Origin: an uncultured Clostridia bacterium | GTDB lineage: Bacteria > Bacillota > Clostridia > TANB77 > CAG-508 | Length of the DNA stretch: 54,262 nucleotides | Reading direction: 5' to 3' | NCBI GenBank assembly: GCA_944388675.1 | Contig: CALXJR010000001.1 | Span: 1 to 54,262, forward strand | In this document: piece by piece, positions 37,172-46,691 of the stretch | How positions within the stretch are numbered: the first letter of the stretch is position 1 | Layout: the number at the start of each line of letters is the position of its first letter | Notes under the pieces: model-generated | Told to the model about the DNA's origin: nothing | The model's input: the letters and a program-made list of their open reading frames with translations, nothing else | The model's database searches: none | Made by a program: the position numbers and the translations under genes

Positions 37172-37639
37172 ATGAAAAATTTTAGTACTTGGATGATTTT
37201 AAGCCTAGATGTTATTTTTTGGATTTTAAGAATTATAGCTACATATACAGATGCAATGGGAATGGAATTTTTGATTAAGCCTATGGACGTTAATACAGAA
37301 ATATTGTTATTATTTGTTGCATTAATTTCTTTTCTATTTATAGCAAAAAGAAAAATATTCGGAGGTGTACTATATTTAGTTGCATATGCAGGATATTTTG
37401 GAGTTTATTTATGGAACTACTTTACAGCAACAGAGGGACAAATGACAGACGAATATCTTAATGTATTTTTCTCTTTTATAGGAATTATATTACCTATAAT
37501 AACTTTACTTGATTTATTCCTAGACAAAAATAGAAAATTACGTCCAACAGATAAAAAAACAGACTGGTTTTATAGAAATAAAAAATATGATATACAAAAA
37601 GATGAAAGAGCAGATAAAAATAATTATAGAACATTATAA
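37172..37639 (+). CDS. Integral membrane protein (4 TM helices)
   Basis: Hydrophobic helices. GGGGGA RBS. No motif recognised. Confidence 0.55.
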   Translation: MKNFSTWMILSLDVIFWILRIIATYTDAMGMEFLIKPMDVNTEILLLFVALISFLFIAKRKIFGGVLYLVAYAGYFGVYLWNYFTATEGQMTDEYLNVFFSFIGIILPIITLLDLFLDKNRKLRPTDKKTDWFYRNKKYDIQKDERADKNNYRTL

Positions 37640-37640
37640 T

Positions 37641-37685
37641 AAAAAATACACTATATTGTAGTTAATAAATATAGTGTATTTTTTT
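37641..37685. terminator. Bidirectional terminator between convergent genes
   Basis: aaaaaatacactatat ... atatagtgtatttttt: a 12-bp core stem flanked by an A-run and a T-run. Confidence 0.75.
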
Positions 37686-37699
37686 AATATGAATACGAT

Positions 37700-38197
37700 T
37701 TAATTTTTAGAATCATTTGCAAGACTTGTATTTAGTGCTACATTATTTTTTTGAATTAATCTTAAAATAATTCTACTAACAGGACCTGCAACTAAGATAT
37801 TTAAAAAGAATGCTGCACAGAAGTTTCTAGGCCATCTAATAAAAAATTCACTAAAAATAGTTTGAGCATTATCTCCGCCTAAAAATCCACCAATAATTGT
37901 CATTATTAGAGACATAAATGTAACAATAAAGAAACAATTGAAAAGAATATATGCATTTTTACTATCAGTTTTTGAAACAAATTTATGCAATAAAGCATGA
38001 TTAATTCTTCCTATAATCAAATTTTCTAAAATAAATGCAATTATAAATGTTACAGGAAATGCAATAAATGTAGTTTTTATAGATTCTAAATTAAATCCAC
38101 CTAAATGAATAGAAATATTTAAAAGTCCCATAAAAAATACCATTATTAAACATATTGCAATACCAAATATTAATTCCTCTTTCTTATTTGTTGGCAT
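37700..38197 (-). CDS. DUF2798-like integral membrane protein
   Basis: Four TM helices. Start set at ATG 38197 (MPTNKKEELIFG) with an AGGAGGA RBS at 38204-38210. Confidence 0.6.
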   Translation of the reverse strand: MPTNKKEELIFGIAICLIMVFFMGLLNISIHLGGFNLESIKTTFIAFPVTFIIAFILENLIIGRINHALLHKFVSKTDSKNAYILFNCFFIVTFMSLIMTIIGGFLGGDNAQTIFSEFFIRWPRNFCAAFFLNILVAGPVSRIILRLIQKNNVALNTSLANDSKN

Positions 38198-38568
38198 AAA
38201 AATTCCTCCTTTCTTACATAAAAATAACACACAACTTAAACAAGTTATATGTTTACAACATTTCTATTATAACATGAAAAAATTTTTGATGTAATAGCAA
38301 ATTAAAAAAAATTTCTTAAAATTATATATAAAATCATAAAATATGCTAATATATTGAAAATAACGAACTTTTATGTTAATATGGATGTATTGTAGAGGTA
38401 GTAAATATGAGTATAGAAGATGAAGTATTTAGAAAAACAAAAATGAATATATGAGCCATATCAATAAAAAAAAGTTTGGGATAAATATTATAAGAGGACC
38501 AAGAAACATAATAGATAAATTAAGTAAGGAATTAAATAAGTAATTAAATTTAGAAAAGGAGATAAAGT

Positions 38569-39018
38569 ATGGGAATAATATCAATTGCAAGTGGTAATTC
38601 ATGTTGGCGAGGCTTAGATTATTTTAAAGATAAAAAAGTAATTAAATTGAGAAAAATAAATGATAACGAATATACAAGTATAGTAAGAGGAAATAAAAAT
38701 TATAATGTTTATTTGAATATAGAACATCCAAGAAAATCTACTTGTGATTGTCCACTAGCAAAAGGAAAAAGAGTAATTTGTAAGCATATCGTGGCAACAT
38801 ACTTTACTGCAATGCCAGAAGAAGCGACAAATTTTGAGAAAGAGCAAGCAAAATTACAAGAAGAGTATGAACAGTACCAGGATGAACTTTATGACAAGGT
38901 GATTGGATACATAAATAAAATGTCAAAAAAAGAATTAATTGAAGAATTAATACATATTTTTGACTATGGTCCAGAATGGATATATGATGATTTTATAAAG
39001 AGAAATTATATAGAATAA
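38569..39018 (+). CDS. SWIM zinc-finger protein (stand-alone, 149 aa)
   Basis: CxC-x9-CxH signature CDCPLAKGKRVICKHIVA, preceded by the RG..Y beta-rich region typical of SWIM proteins. AAGGAG RBS. Confidence 0.75.
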   Translation: MGIISIASGNSCWRGLDYFKDKKVIKLRKINDNEYTSIVRGNKNYNVYLNIEHPRKSTCDCPLAKGKRVICKHIVATYFTAMPEEATNFEKEQAKLQEEYEQYQDELYDKVIGYINKMSKKELIEELIHIFDYGPEWIYDDFIKRNYIE

Positions 39019-39085
39019 TATTAGAAATAAATGCAGGAAAATCAAAAATAAGTAGTAATGTAAATTTGGCAAGATGAATTTATGA

Positions 39086-39580
39086 GAAAATAATAAAAAA
39101 CATAGAAAAAATATCTCTTTACATCTAAAAAATATTTTTAAAGAAAATGAATTAGATAGAAATTCAGTTACCAAGGAATTCTCGGCAACTGCTTCCGATG
39201 GAAAAAATATAAAATGAAGTTCTATAATTTAGATGCAATAATATCAGTTGGATATAGAGTAAATTCTAAAAGAGCAACGCAATTTAGAAGATGGGCGACA
39301 CAAGTATTAAAAACTTTTACAATTCAAGGGTATGTGTTAGATAAAGAAAGAATGAAAAATGGTTCTTTTATAGACAAAGATTATTTCGAAAAACTATTTT
39401 TTATTATCAGACGATAGAGATATATTAAAAGATACAGGCAAAATATCACATGAAATAGCTTGTGATAAGGCTTTAACAGAGTTTGAAAGATATGGAATAA
39501 AACAAGATAGATTATATAAATCAGATTTTGATATATTGTTAGAAAAAGTAGAAAAACAGGAGAATAATAATGATGAATAA
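39086..39580 (+). pseudogene. RhuM-family protein remnant (three out-of-frame fragments, internal deletion)
   Basis: Fragment 1 is ISLHLKNIFKENELDRNSVTKEFSATASDGKNIK*. Fragment 2 is MKFYNLDAIISVGYRVNSKRATQFRRWATQVLK...KDYFEKL. Fragment 3 is the C-terminal DDRDILKDTGKISHEIACDKALTEFERYGIKQDRLYKSDFD. There is an A-run indel at 39209-39217, and together the fragments cover about half of a full-length RhuM. Confidence 0.75.
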
Positions 39581-41321
39581 TAGTGTTAATGATAATATTT
39601 TAAATAATCCATCACTTACAATTAGTAAAATTAAATTTAATAATGATAAAGAAATTTTTTTTAATGATGATGATATAGTTATTTTTGTAGGAGCAAACAA
39701 TGTTGGAAAAAGTCGAGCTTTGAAAGATATAAAGGATGATATATTAGAAAAAAAAACAGATAAAGTAATTATAAAAGAAATAGAATATAAAGACTCAAAT
39801 TTCACTGAAAAGAATATGCAAAATTTTTTTAAAAATAATTACGATAATGAGATGGAAAAAAATGGTGATTATAATATTACGATTGATCGCAACAATGCAC
39901 AGTATTATGATAAGAATCATTTTAAAAATATTCTTTTAAATAAGAAACAATTTTATAAAGTTTTATTTAGTTTTTTGTCTACAGAAAACAGATTAAATAT
40001 GACTTCACCAATTTCTTATAACTTTATTGAAGATAAAGTAAGCCTTAATATAATGAGAAAACTAGAAAAAGATACGCAAGCAATAACAAAATTAAATGAT
40101 ATTTTAAATTCATGTTTTGGTAAAGCTATTGATATTAGTGAGGAAGTTAATAACAATTCATTATCAAAATTGTATAAATTCGGTACGAAAGAAGAAATAT
40201 CTAAAACCATAAATACTAATACCAGAGAAGCAAGAAGTTTATTGGAATCTTTAGATGATTTAAACGAACAAGGTGATGGAATTAGAAGTGCTGTCGCTAT
40301 TTTATCTTCATTAATTGCTAATGAACATACTTTATATTTAATTGATGAGCCTGAAACATTTTTACATCCTCCACAAGCAAGAATTTTAGGTAATAATATT
40401 GTAGAATTGTCAAAAAATAAACAATGCTTTATTTCAACTCATAATATTGATTTAATAAGAGGAATTTTAGAAAATAAATCTTCTAGAATTAAAATAATAA
40501 AAATCAATAGAAATGAAAATAAGAATGAGTTTCACATTATAGATAATGCAAGTATAAGTAGAATCGCTAACGATAAAAATTTAAAATATTCTAATATATT
40601 GAATGGATTATTTTATAGTACAGTAGTATTGTGCGAAAATGAAAGTGATTGTAAATTTTATTCTGCAATATTAGAGCATTTGGATAGTAATATATATCAA
40701 AATGTTTTATTTTGTGCAGTTGGTGGTAAAGATCAATTTAAAATTATCATTCCTTTATTGCAAAAGCTAAAAATTAATTATGTGATTATTGCAGATTTGG
40801 ATTTGATTGATAATAGAGAAAGATTAAAAAATTTATTAAATTCTATAGAAGAAAATAAATATGCTCAGATATCAGAAGCTCATAATAATTTTTTGAATTT
40901 ATTTGAACAAGGAACAGACAATCAAATAAAAAAACAGAAAGCAATTAAGGAAGAAATACTAAGTTTATTTACTAAAGATGATTATATGTCTGAAGAAACA
41001 GCCAATAAAATAAAACTTACTTTAAAAAATATCAGTTATTTGAAGTTATTAAAAAACACAGGAAAATCTTGTCTTCCAGCTGGAAAATGTACAATGGAAT
41101 ATGATAAGATAATAGAATTTTTAAATATGAATAATATTTATGTTGTAGAATGTGGTGAAATTGAAAGGTTTATTACACAAGTTGATGGGCATGGAAATAG
41201 TTGGGTAGAAAATGTTTTTAACATATATCCACTTTTAGAAGAGCCTGTGTATGATGATGTAAAAAAATTTATTAAAAATATTTTTAATATAGATGGGAAA
41301 AAAGGTGAAAATAATGAGTAA
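39570..41321 (+). CDS. OLD-family nuclease (ABC-type ATPase + C-terminal Toprim/DUF4435-like domain)
   Basis: Walker A GANNVGKS, signature-like NEQGDGIRS, Walker B LYLIDEPETFLHP, H-loop ISTHN. Toprim-like VVLCENESDCKFY (Glu) and IIADLDLID (DxD). Confidence 0.7.
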   Translation: MMNNSVNDNILNNPSLTISKIKFNNDKEIFFNDDDIVIFVGANNVGKSRALKDIKDDILEKKTDKVIIKEIEYKDSNFTEKNMQNFFKNNYDNEMEKNGDYNITIDRNNAQYYDKNHFKNILLNKKQFYKVLFSFLSTENRLNMTSPISYNFIEDKVSLNIMRKLEKDTQAITKLNDILNSCFGKAIDISEEVNNNSLSKLYKFGTKEEISKTINTNTREARSLLESLDDLNEQGDGIRSAVAILSSLIANEHTLYLIDEPETFLHPPQARILGNNIVELSKNKQCFISTHNIDLIRGILENKSSRIKIIKINRNENKNEFHIIDNASISRIANDKNLKYSNILNGLFYSTVVLCENESDCKFYSAILEHLDSNIYQNVLFCAVGGKDQFKIIIPLLQKLKINYVIIADLDLIDNRERLKNLLNSIEENKYAQISEAHNNFLNLFEQGTDNQIKKQKAIKEEILSLFTKDDYMSEETANKIKLTLKNISYLKLLKNTGKSCLPAGKCTMEYDKIIEFLNMNNIYVVECGEIERFITQVDGHGNSWVENVFNIYPLLEEPVYDDVKKFIKNIFNIDGKKGENNE

Positions 41322-42213
41322 AAATAAAATGAACATTAATTGGTTTCCAGGACATATGGCAAAAACTTTAAGACAGATTGAAGCTGATTTAAAACTAGTA
41401 GATTTAGTAATAGAATTATTAGATGCAAGAATTCCAATTTCTAGTCAAAATCCAGAAACTAAAAAAATTGTTGGGAATAAAAAAAGAATAGTAATATTAA
41501 ACAAAGCAGACCTAGCAGATGAGAAAGAAAATATTAAGTGGGTAAATAAATTTGAAAGTCAAAATATACCTGCTATATTATGCAATTCAAATACAGGTGA
41601 AGGAATACAAAAAATTACAGGTAGAATAGAAAAATTAATGGAAGAAGAAAAGCAAAAAGCAGAAGCAAAAGGTAGAGTTGGCAAAACAATTAGGGTAATG
41701 ATAATAGGAGTTCCTAATGTTGGTAAATCTTCATTAATTAACAGAATGGCACAAAAAACATCTGCACAAGTTGGAAACAAACCTGGAGTTACAAAACAAA
41801 AACAATGGATTAGACTTTCAAACAACATAGAATTATTGGATACCCCAGGAGTATTATGGCCAAGGTTAGATAATCAAAATGTTGCATTAAATTTAGCCTA
41901 TACTGGAACTATAAAAAATGAAGTATTAGATGACCAAGAAGTAGCATATAACCTGTTAAAATATTTAATAGAAGAATATAGACAAAATGTTATAGAAAGA
42001 TATTCATTGAAAGATGATGTAATAGAAGCAATATTAAGTAATAGTGAATTAGAAGAAAACGAAAAAATAGTAGAAATAATGAATTACATAGGAGAAAAAA
42101 GAGGAGCAATAACTAAAGGAAATAATATAGTTTTAGAAAAAGTTTCAAGAATAATATTAGATGATTTTAGAAGCGGTAATTTAGGAAAGATTACTCTAGA
42201 GAAAGTAAATTAA
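41314..42213 (+). CDS. rbgA: Ribosome biogenesis GTPase A (YlqF/RbgA)
   Basis: INWFPGHMAK, circularly permuted G motifs NKADL...GVPNVGKSSLIN...DTPG. Start set at ATG 41314 (AAAGGTGA RBS), overlapping the OLD stop by 8 nt. Confidence 0.9.
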   Translation: MSKNKMNINWFPGHMAKTLRQIEADLKLVDLVIELLDARIPISSQNPETKKIVGNKKRIVILNKADLADEKENIKWVNKFESQNIPAILCNSNTGEGIQKITGRIEKLMEEEKQKAEAKGRVGKTIRVMIIGVPNVGKSSLINRMAQKTSAQVGNKPGVTKQKQWIRLSNNIELLDTPGVLWPRLDNQNVALNLAYTGTIKNEVLDDQEVAYNLLKYLIEEYRQNVIERYSLKDDVIEAILSNSELEENEKIVEIMNYIGEKRGAITKGNNIVLEKVSRIILDDFRSGNLGKITLEKVN

Positions 42214-42227
42214 TATAGGAGGAAAAA

Positions 42228-42626
42228 TTGCAAGAATTAATAGAAAGAAAAAAAGAAATAAATGAAGTAAATCAAATGTCACCACTTATTTGGGCTTATA
42301 TTGGTGACTCAGTATATGAATTATTTATACGAACTCATTTAGTAAATACAACACGATTAAAACCACATAATTTACATATAGAAGCAATAAAATATGTAAA
42401 AGCAAACTCTCAAAAAGACATTTTAAATAACATTTATGAAGATTTAACAGAAGATGAAAAAGATATTGTAAGAAGGGGAAGAAATGCAGATAATCATCAT
42501 TTACCCAAAAATGCAACAGTAGAAGAATACAAATATTCAACTGCATTTGAAGCCTTAATTGGTTATTTATATTTAACAAAACAAGATGAAAGATTAAAAG
42601 AAATTTTAAATAAATGTTTAGATTAG
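42228..42626 (+). CDS. mrnC: Mini-ribonuclease 3
   Basis: LIWAYIGDSVYELFIR and STAFEALIGYLYL motifs. TTG start with AGGAGGA RBS. Confidence 0.85.
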   Translation: MQELIERKKEINEVNQMSPLIWAYIGDSVYELFIRTHLVNTTRLKPHNLHIEAIKYVKANSQKDILNNIYEDLTEDEKDIVRRGRNADNHHLPKNATVEEYKYSTAFEALIGYLYLTKQDERLKEILNKCLD

Positions 42627-42655
42627 TACATACTTATAAAAGTATGTATTTTTTT
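42627..42655 (+). terminator. Rho-independent terminator
   Basis: Stem tacatactt/aagtatgta, 4-nt loop, 7 T. Confidence 0.8.
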
Positions 42656-42745
42656 AAATTTTGTAACAATTTTACAGAAAAACTTTACAAACAATTAACA
42701 ATATGGTAAAATAATTATGTAAATTAAGAGACTATGGAGGATATT

Positions 42746-43804
42746 ATGAATAAGATAATAACCATTTCTGGTGAACCAGCCAGTGGAAAAAGTACAGTTA
42801 TAAAAGATTTAAAAAAGAAATTAGAAGAACAAGGAAAACAGGTTACAGTTCTTTCTGTTGGAAAGATGTTTAGAGAAATAGCTCAAAAAGAAGGATTATC
42901 AATAGAAGAATTTAACGAACAACTAAAACATAGAAGTGATATAGACTTAAAAATAGATAGTATGACAAAAAAATATGGTGAAAATTTTAATAAAACAAGA
43001 GGAAAAGGTGAAATCTTAATTATAGACTCAAGACTTGCATGGAAAACAGTGCCAGACTCATTTGCAGTAAGATTAACAACAATTGATAGAATAGCAGCTC
43101 AAAGAGTGTTTAACGATAAAAAAAGAGGAAAAGAAGATAAATATGAAACATTGGAGGAAGCATTAGAAGCAACATCTGAAAGAAAAAAAGGCGAAGTTGA
43201 AAGATATAAAATGAGATATGGAGTAGACTTAGAAGATGAAAATAATTATAATCTAGTAATAGATACATCATTTTCAGATGTGGGTGATATATCAAATACA
43301 ATACTAGAATGTTTTGAATTACAAAAACATAATAGACCATATGGTAAAAATTGGACAAGTCCAAAAACATTACTTCCAATACAAGATGTAAGAGAAACAG
43401 CATTTAAGTTTGACGAAATGGAAGCTTCAATTGCAAAAAATGGTTTCTTTCCAGAGGAAACAATAGATGCAATTCAGGTAGATGGAGTAAAATTTATTTT
43501 CGATGGAAATCATAGAAATTTTGCAGCTGGCGCACTAGGAAGAACTTTGGTTCCTTATCAAATAGTAGGTAAAGATGATGAGCCTATGACTATGGCAATG
43601 TATGGTAAAAGTACTGCAAGAGAAAGAATCTTTGGATTTGAACCTAAAATGTTATATGATTATGAGCCAACTTTTAATAAACCAGGAAGGGCATTTTCAT
43701 ATAAAGAAATATATCCAGAAATATATAATCCTAAATTTATAGAAAAATTAAAAACTGGAAAAACTCCAGATGTATCTGATGATTTTGATGAAATAGATAT
43801 GTAA
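42746..43804 (+). CDS. Cytidylate-kinase-like P-loop domain fused to ParB/sulfiredoxin-like domain
   Basis: N-terminus ITISGEPASGKSTVIKDL...IIDSRLAW...YNLVIDTS (CMP-kinase-like family). C-terminus IQVDGVKFIFDGNHRNFAAGALG (DGxHR ParB/Srx signature). Confidence 0.65.
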   Translation: MNKIITISGEPASGKSTVIKDLKKKLEEQGKQVTVLSVGKMFREIAQKEGLSIEEFNEQLKHRSDIDLKIDSMTKKYGENFNKTRGKGEILIIDSRLAWKTVPDSFAVRLTTIDRIAAQRVFNDKKRGKEDKYETLEEALEATSERKKGEVERYKMRYGVDLEDENNYNLVIDTSFSDVGDISNTILECFELQKHNRPYGKNWTSPKTLLPIQDVRETAFKFDEMEASIAKNGFFPEETIDAIQVDGVKFIFDGNHRNFAAGALGRTLVPYQIVGKDDEPMTMAMYGKSTARERIFGFEPKMLYDYEPTFNKPGRAFSYKEIYPEIYNPKFIEKLKTGKTPDVSDDFDEIDM

Positions 43805-43888
43805 GCAAACAACTGCTTACATATTTATTTTAAAAATTTTTATTGACGAAATCAAATAAAAATGTTATATTAATAAAGTAATTTATAT

Positions 43889-43963
43889 GGCCCCTTGGTC
43901 AAGCGGTTAAGACGCGGCCCTCTCAAGGCCGAATCATGGGTTCGATTCCCGTAGGGGTCACCA
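43889..43963 (+). tRNA. tRNA-Glu (anticodon CUC), CCA encoded
   Basis: Manual cloverleaf. Acceptor GGCCCCT/AGGGGTC, 3-bp D stem GTC/GAC, anticodon stem CGGCC/GGCCG, loop C-U-CUC-A-A, T arm ATGGG-TTCGATT-CCCGT, discriminator A, CCA. Confidence 0.9.
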
Positions 43964-43970
43964 AGACTAA

Positions 43971-43996
43971 AAAGAAGTAGAAAGATCTACTTCTTT
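43971..43996 (+). terminator. Terminator hairpin after the tRNA
   Basis: Stem aaagaagtag/ctacttcttt with a 6-nt loop. Confidence 0.6.
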
Positions 43997-44105
43997 AATT
44001 TATTATTAAAAGGTATATAAGGAATCGAAAAGGAGGGAAAAAACCATCAAATTTTATATGTCGAAAAATGTAGATGAAATAACAAACAAAATTTCGTAAA
44101 AACTA

Positions 44106-44134
44106 TTGACAAATTAAAAAATAAAATATAATAT
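44106..44134 (+). promoter_or_regulatory. Sigma-A-type promoter upstream of recN (TTGACA-17-TAATAT)
   Basis: -35 at 44106-44111, -10 at 44129-44134. Confidence 0.55.
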
Positions 44135-44169
44135 ATACACGAACAAACATTTGTTTAGGAGGTATATAT

Positions 44170-45798
44170 ATGATTACAACATTACATATAAAAAATATAG
44201 GAATAATAGATGATTTAATAATAGATTTAAACAAAGGACTAAATGTATTAACAGGAGAAACAGGTGCAGGAAAAACTTTAATAGTAGATTCATTAAATAT
44301 CATAGCTGGTGGCAGATTTTCAAAAGATATGATAAGAAAAGGACAAAATGTATCATTTGTAGAATTATGCTTATACCTTCCTAATAATCCAAATGCAATA
44401 GATGGAAATATAATAGTTTCAAGGGAAATAAATAATTCCGGAAAAAACTTATGCAAAATAAATGGAAGACTTGTAACTGTAAATGAATTAAAGTCTTTTA
44501 TGAAAAATATAATAGATATACATGGACAAAATGATAATCAAACATTAATGGATACAGAAAAACACACAAAATATTTAGACAAATTTATAGGTGATGAAAT
44601 TTTAGCCGAATATAATAATTATATAAATTTATATAAACAATATAAAGAACTAAATGAAAAATTAAAAGCAAATTATGGGGATGATAGAGAAAAACAAAGA
44701 AAATTAGATTTATTAGAATATCAATACAAAGAAATAAAATGTGCTTCATTAAAAATTGGAGAAGATGAAAAATTAGAAGAAAAAAGAAAAATAATTATGA
44801 ATTCAGAAAAAGTTGCTCAATCATTAAACACAGTTGTAAACAATTTAGAGGGAACAGCTATTGATGTAATAAATGATTCCATAAAAGCTTTGGAAAAAAT
44901 AGAAGATGTTGATTCAAAATATGAGCAAAAACTAATAGAATTAAAAAATATATACTATGAAGTACAAGAGCTATCAAGAGATATATGTGATATGCAAGGA
45001 GACACATACTTTGATGAACAAGAAAGAGATGATATAGAAACTCGTTTAGATACAATTTATTCATTAAAAAGAAAATATGGAAATACAATAGAAGAGATAC
45101 TACAATATAAAGATGATTTAGAATCAGAAATAAATAGAATAGAAAATTTAGATGAAGAAAATAAGAAGATAAAATGCCAAATTGAAGAAATTACTAACAA
45201 AATGAATAATTTATGTGAAAAAATTACAATTTTGAGAAAAGAAAAAGCAATTGAATTAAATGATTTAATTAATAATGAATTGTCTCAATTAGAAATGAAA
45301 AACGCAAAGTTTAATGCAAAAGTAATTGAAGATAACGAATTTAATATTAATGGTAAAAGCCATGTAGAATTTTTAATTAGAACTAATATTGGAGAAGAAG
45401 AGAAAAAACTAAATAAAATAGCATCAGGAGGAGAAATGTCTAGAATAATGCTTGCAATAAAAACAGTTCTTTCTAATATAGATGAGGTACCTGTTTTAAT
45501 ATTTGATGAAATTGATACAGGAATTAGTGGTAAAGCAGCAAACTCTGTTGGTATAAAATTGAGAAAAATTGCTAAAAATCATCAAGTATTAATAGTAACA
45601 CATTTAGCTACAATTGCTGCCAAGGGAGAACATAATTACTACATTTATAAAGAAGTAAATGATAATAAAACAAATACTAAAATTAAATTATTAAATGAAG
45701 AAGAAACTATAAAGGAAATTGCAAGAATTGCATCTGGAGAAGTAACACAAGTTGCAATTTCACATGCAAAAGAATTAAGAAATAAATATGTTGCATAA
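44170..45798 (+). CDS. recN: DNA repair protein RecN
   Basis: LHIKNIGIIDDL...LTGETGAGKTLIVDSL, long coiled coil, SMC signature ASGGEMSRIMLAIK, IFDEIDTGISG. Confidence 0.9.
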   Translation: MITTLHIKNIGIIDDLIIDLNKGLNVLTGETGAGKTLIVDSLNIIAGGRFSKDMIRKGQNVSFVELCLYLPNNPNAIDGNIIVSREINNSGKNLCKINGRLVTVNELKSFMKNIIDIHGQNDNQTLMDTEKHTKYLDKFIGDEILAEYNNYINLYKQYKELNEKLKANYGDDREKQRKLDLLEYQYKEIKCASLKIGEDEKLEEKRKIIMNSEKVAQSLNTVVNNLEGTAIDVINDSIKALEKIEDVDSKYEQKLIELKNIYYEVQELSRDICDMQGDTYFDEQERDDIETRLDTIYSLKRKYGNTIEEILQYKDDLESEINRIENLDEENKKIKCQIEEITNKMNNLCEKITILRKEKAIELNDLINNELSQLEMKNAKFNAKVIEDNEFNINGKSHVEFLIRTNIGEEEKKLNKIASGGEMSRIMLAIKTVLSNIDEVPVLIFDEIDTGISGKAANSVGIKLRKIAKNHQVLIVTHLATIAAKGEHNYYIYKEVNDNKTNTKIKLLNEEETIKEIARIASGEVTQVAISHAKELRNKYVA

Positions 45799-45933
45799 AT
45801 GCTCTATTACAACATAATACATCTAATAAATATAATTATAACAAGTTAAATTTGTTAAGAATGTAAAAAACATTTACATATTGTATTTTCTATTATATAA
45901 TATAAACATCAAAAAAGAGAGGAAAAAATTAAA

Positions 45934-46671
45934 ATGTTTAATATAGATAGAAGAGTTATAATTATTATAGTTGCAATACTTGCTGGAATAACAATAATAG
46001 GATATTTACAAGATCCTACGGAATTATTATCATTAGTATTAACTTTACCAGGTGTTATAATAGCAATAACATTTCATGAATTTGCACATGCATTTGCTGC
46101 AGATAAATTAGGAGATGATACACCTAGAAATCAGGGAAGATTAAATTTAAATCCATTATCACATATTGACCCAATAGGATTTTTGATGTTAATATTTGTT
46201 CACTTTGGTTGGGGAAAACCTGTGCAAATTAATCCTAGAAACTTTAATAGAAAAAGATCAATGACTGCTCAAGAAGCGATAGTAGCTCTTGCAGGTCCAC
46301 TAATGAATATATTTATTGCTTTTGTATTAACTATAATATTATTTGCGGTTATTACATTTGCTACATCTTTTATATTCACTACTATTGGAAGTATTATAAT
46401 AATAACATTACAAATGGCTATTGCAGTTAACATAGGTTTAGGTGTATTTAATCTAGTACCATTACCACCATTAGATGGTTCAAAAATATTAATACAATTC
46501 TTGCCTTATAATGCTAGAAATTGGTTTATAAGTAATTTTCAAATATTTTATTTAATCTTTTTAGTATTATGGATTACCAATTTAGTAAGTTATATAATTG
46601 CTCCTGTTATAAGCTTAGTTTCAACTGGAATATATTCATTAGTAGCAGCAATATTTGGAATATTCATGTGA
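45934..46671 (+). CDS. Site-2 protease family (M50) membrane zinc metalloprotease
   Basis: HEFAHAF in a TM helix, and NLVPLPPLDGSKIL (the LDG motif). Confidence 0.8.
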   Translation: MFNIDRRVIIIIVAILAGITIIGYLQDPTELLSLVLTLPGVIIAITFHEFAHAFAADKLGDDTPRNQGRLNLNPLSHIDPIGFLMLIFVHFGWGKPVQINPRNFNRKRSMTAQEAIVALAGPLMNIFIAFVLTIILFAVITFATSFIFTTIGSIIIITLQMAIAVNIGLGVFNLVPLPPLDGSKILIQFLPYNARNWFISNFQIFYLIFLVLWITNLVSYIIAPVISLVSTGIYSLVAAIFGIFM

Positions 46672-46691
46672 GATTGAGGTGAAACAATAAT

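Noticed and set aside
38400-38560. Short broken ORFs (for example MSIEDEVFRKTKMNI) upstream of the SWIM gene, considered as a toxin-antitoxin or small-peptide gene.
   Set aside because: They are interrupted by stops in all frames within about 50 nt and have no RBS. They are most likely debris of a former gene.
39209-39217. Frame break in the RhuM remnant, considered as a fourth recoding site.
   Set aside because: It is an A-run length change with no CGG. The gene also has a large internal deletion and a third frame change, which is ordinary pseudogene decay.
44141-44156. Imperfect palindrome GAACAAACATTTGTTT between the recN promoter and RBS, considered as a LexA (Cheo) box.
   Set aside because: The canonical Firmicute box is GAAC-N4-GTTC. 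Here the GAAC and GTTT halves are 8 nt apart, so it does not fit the known spacing. It could still be an operator, but I cannot support calling it a LexA site.
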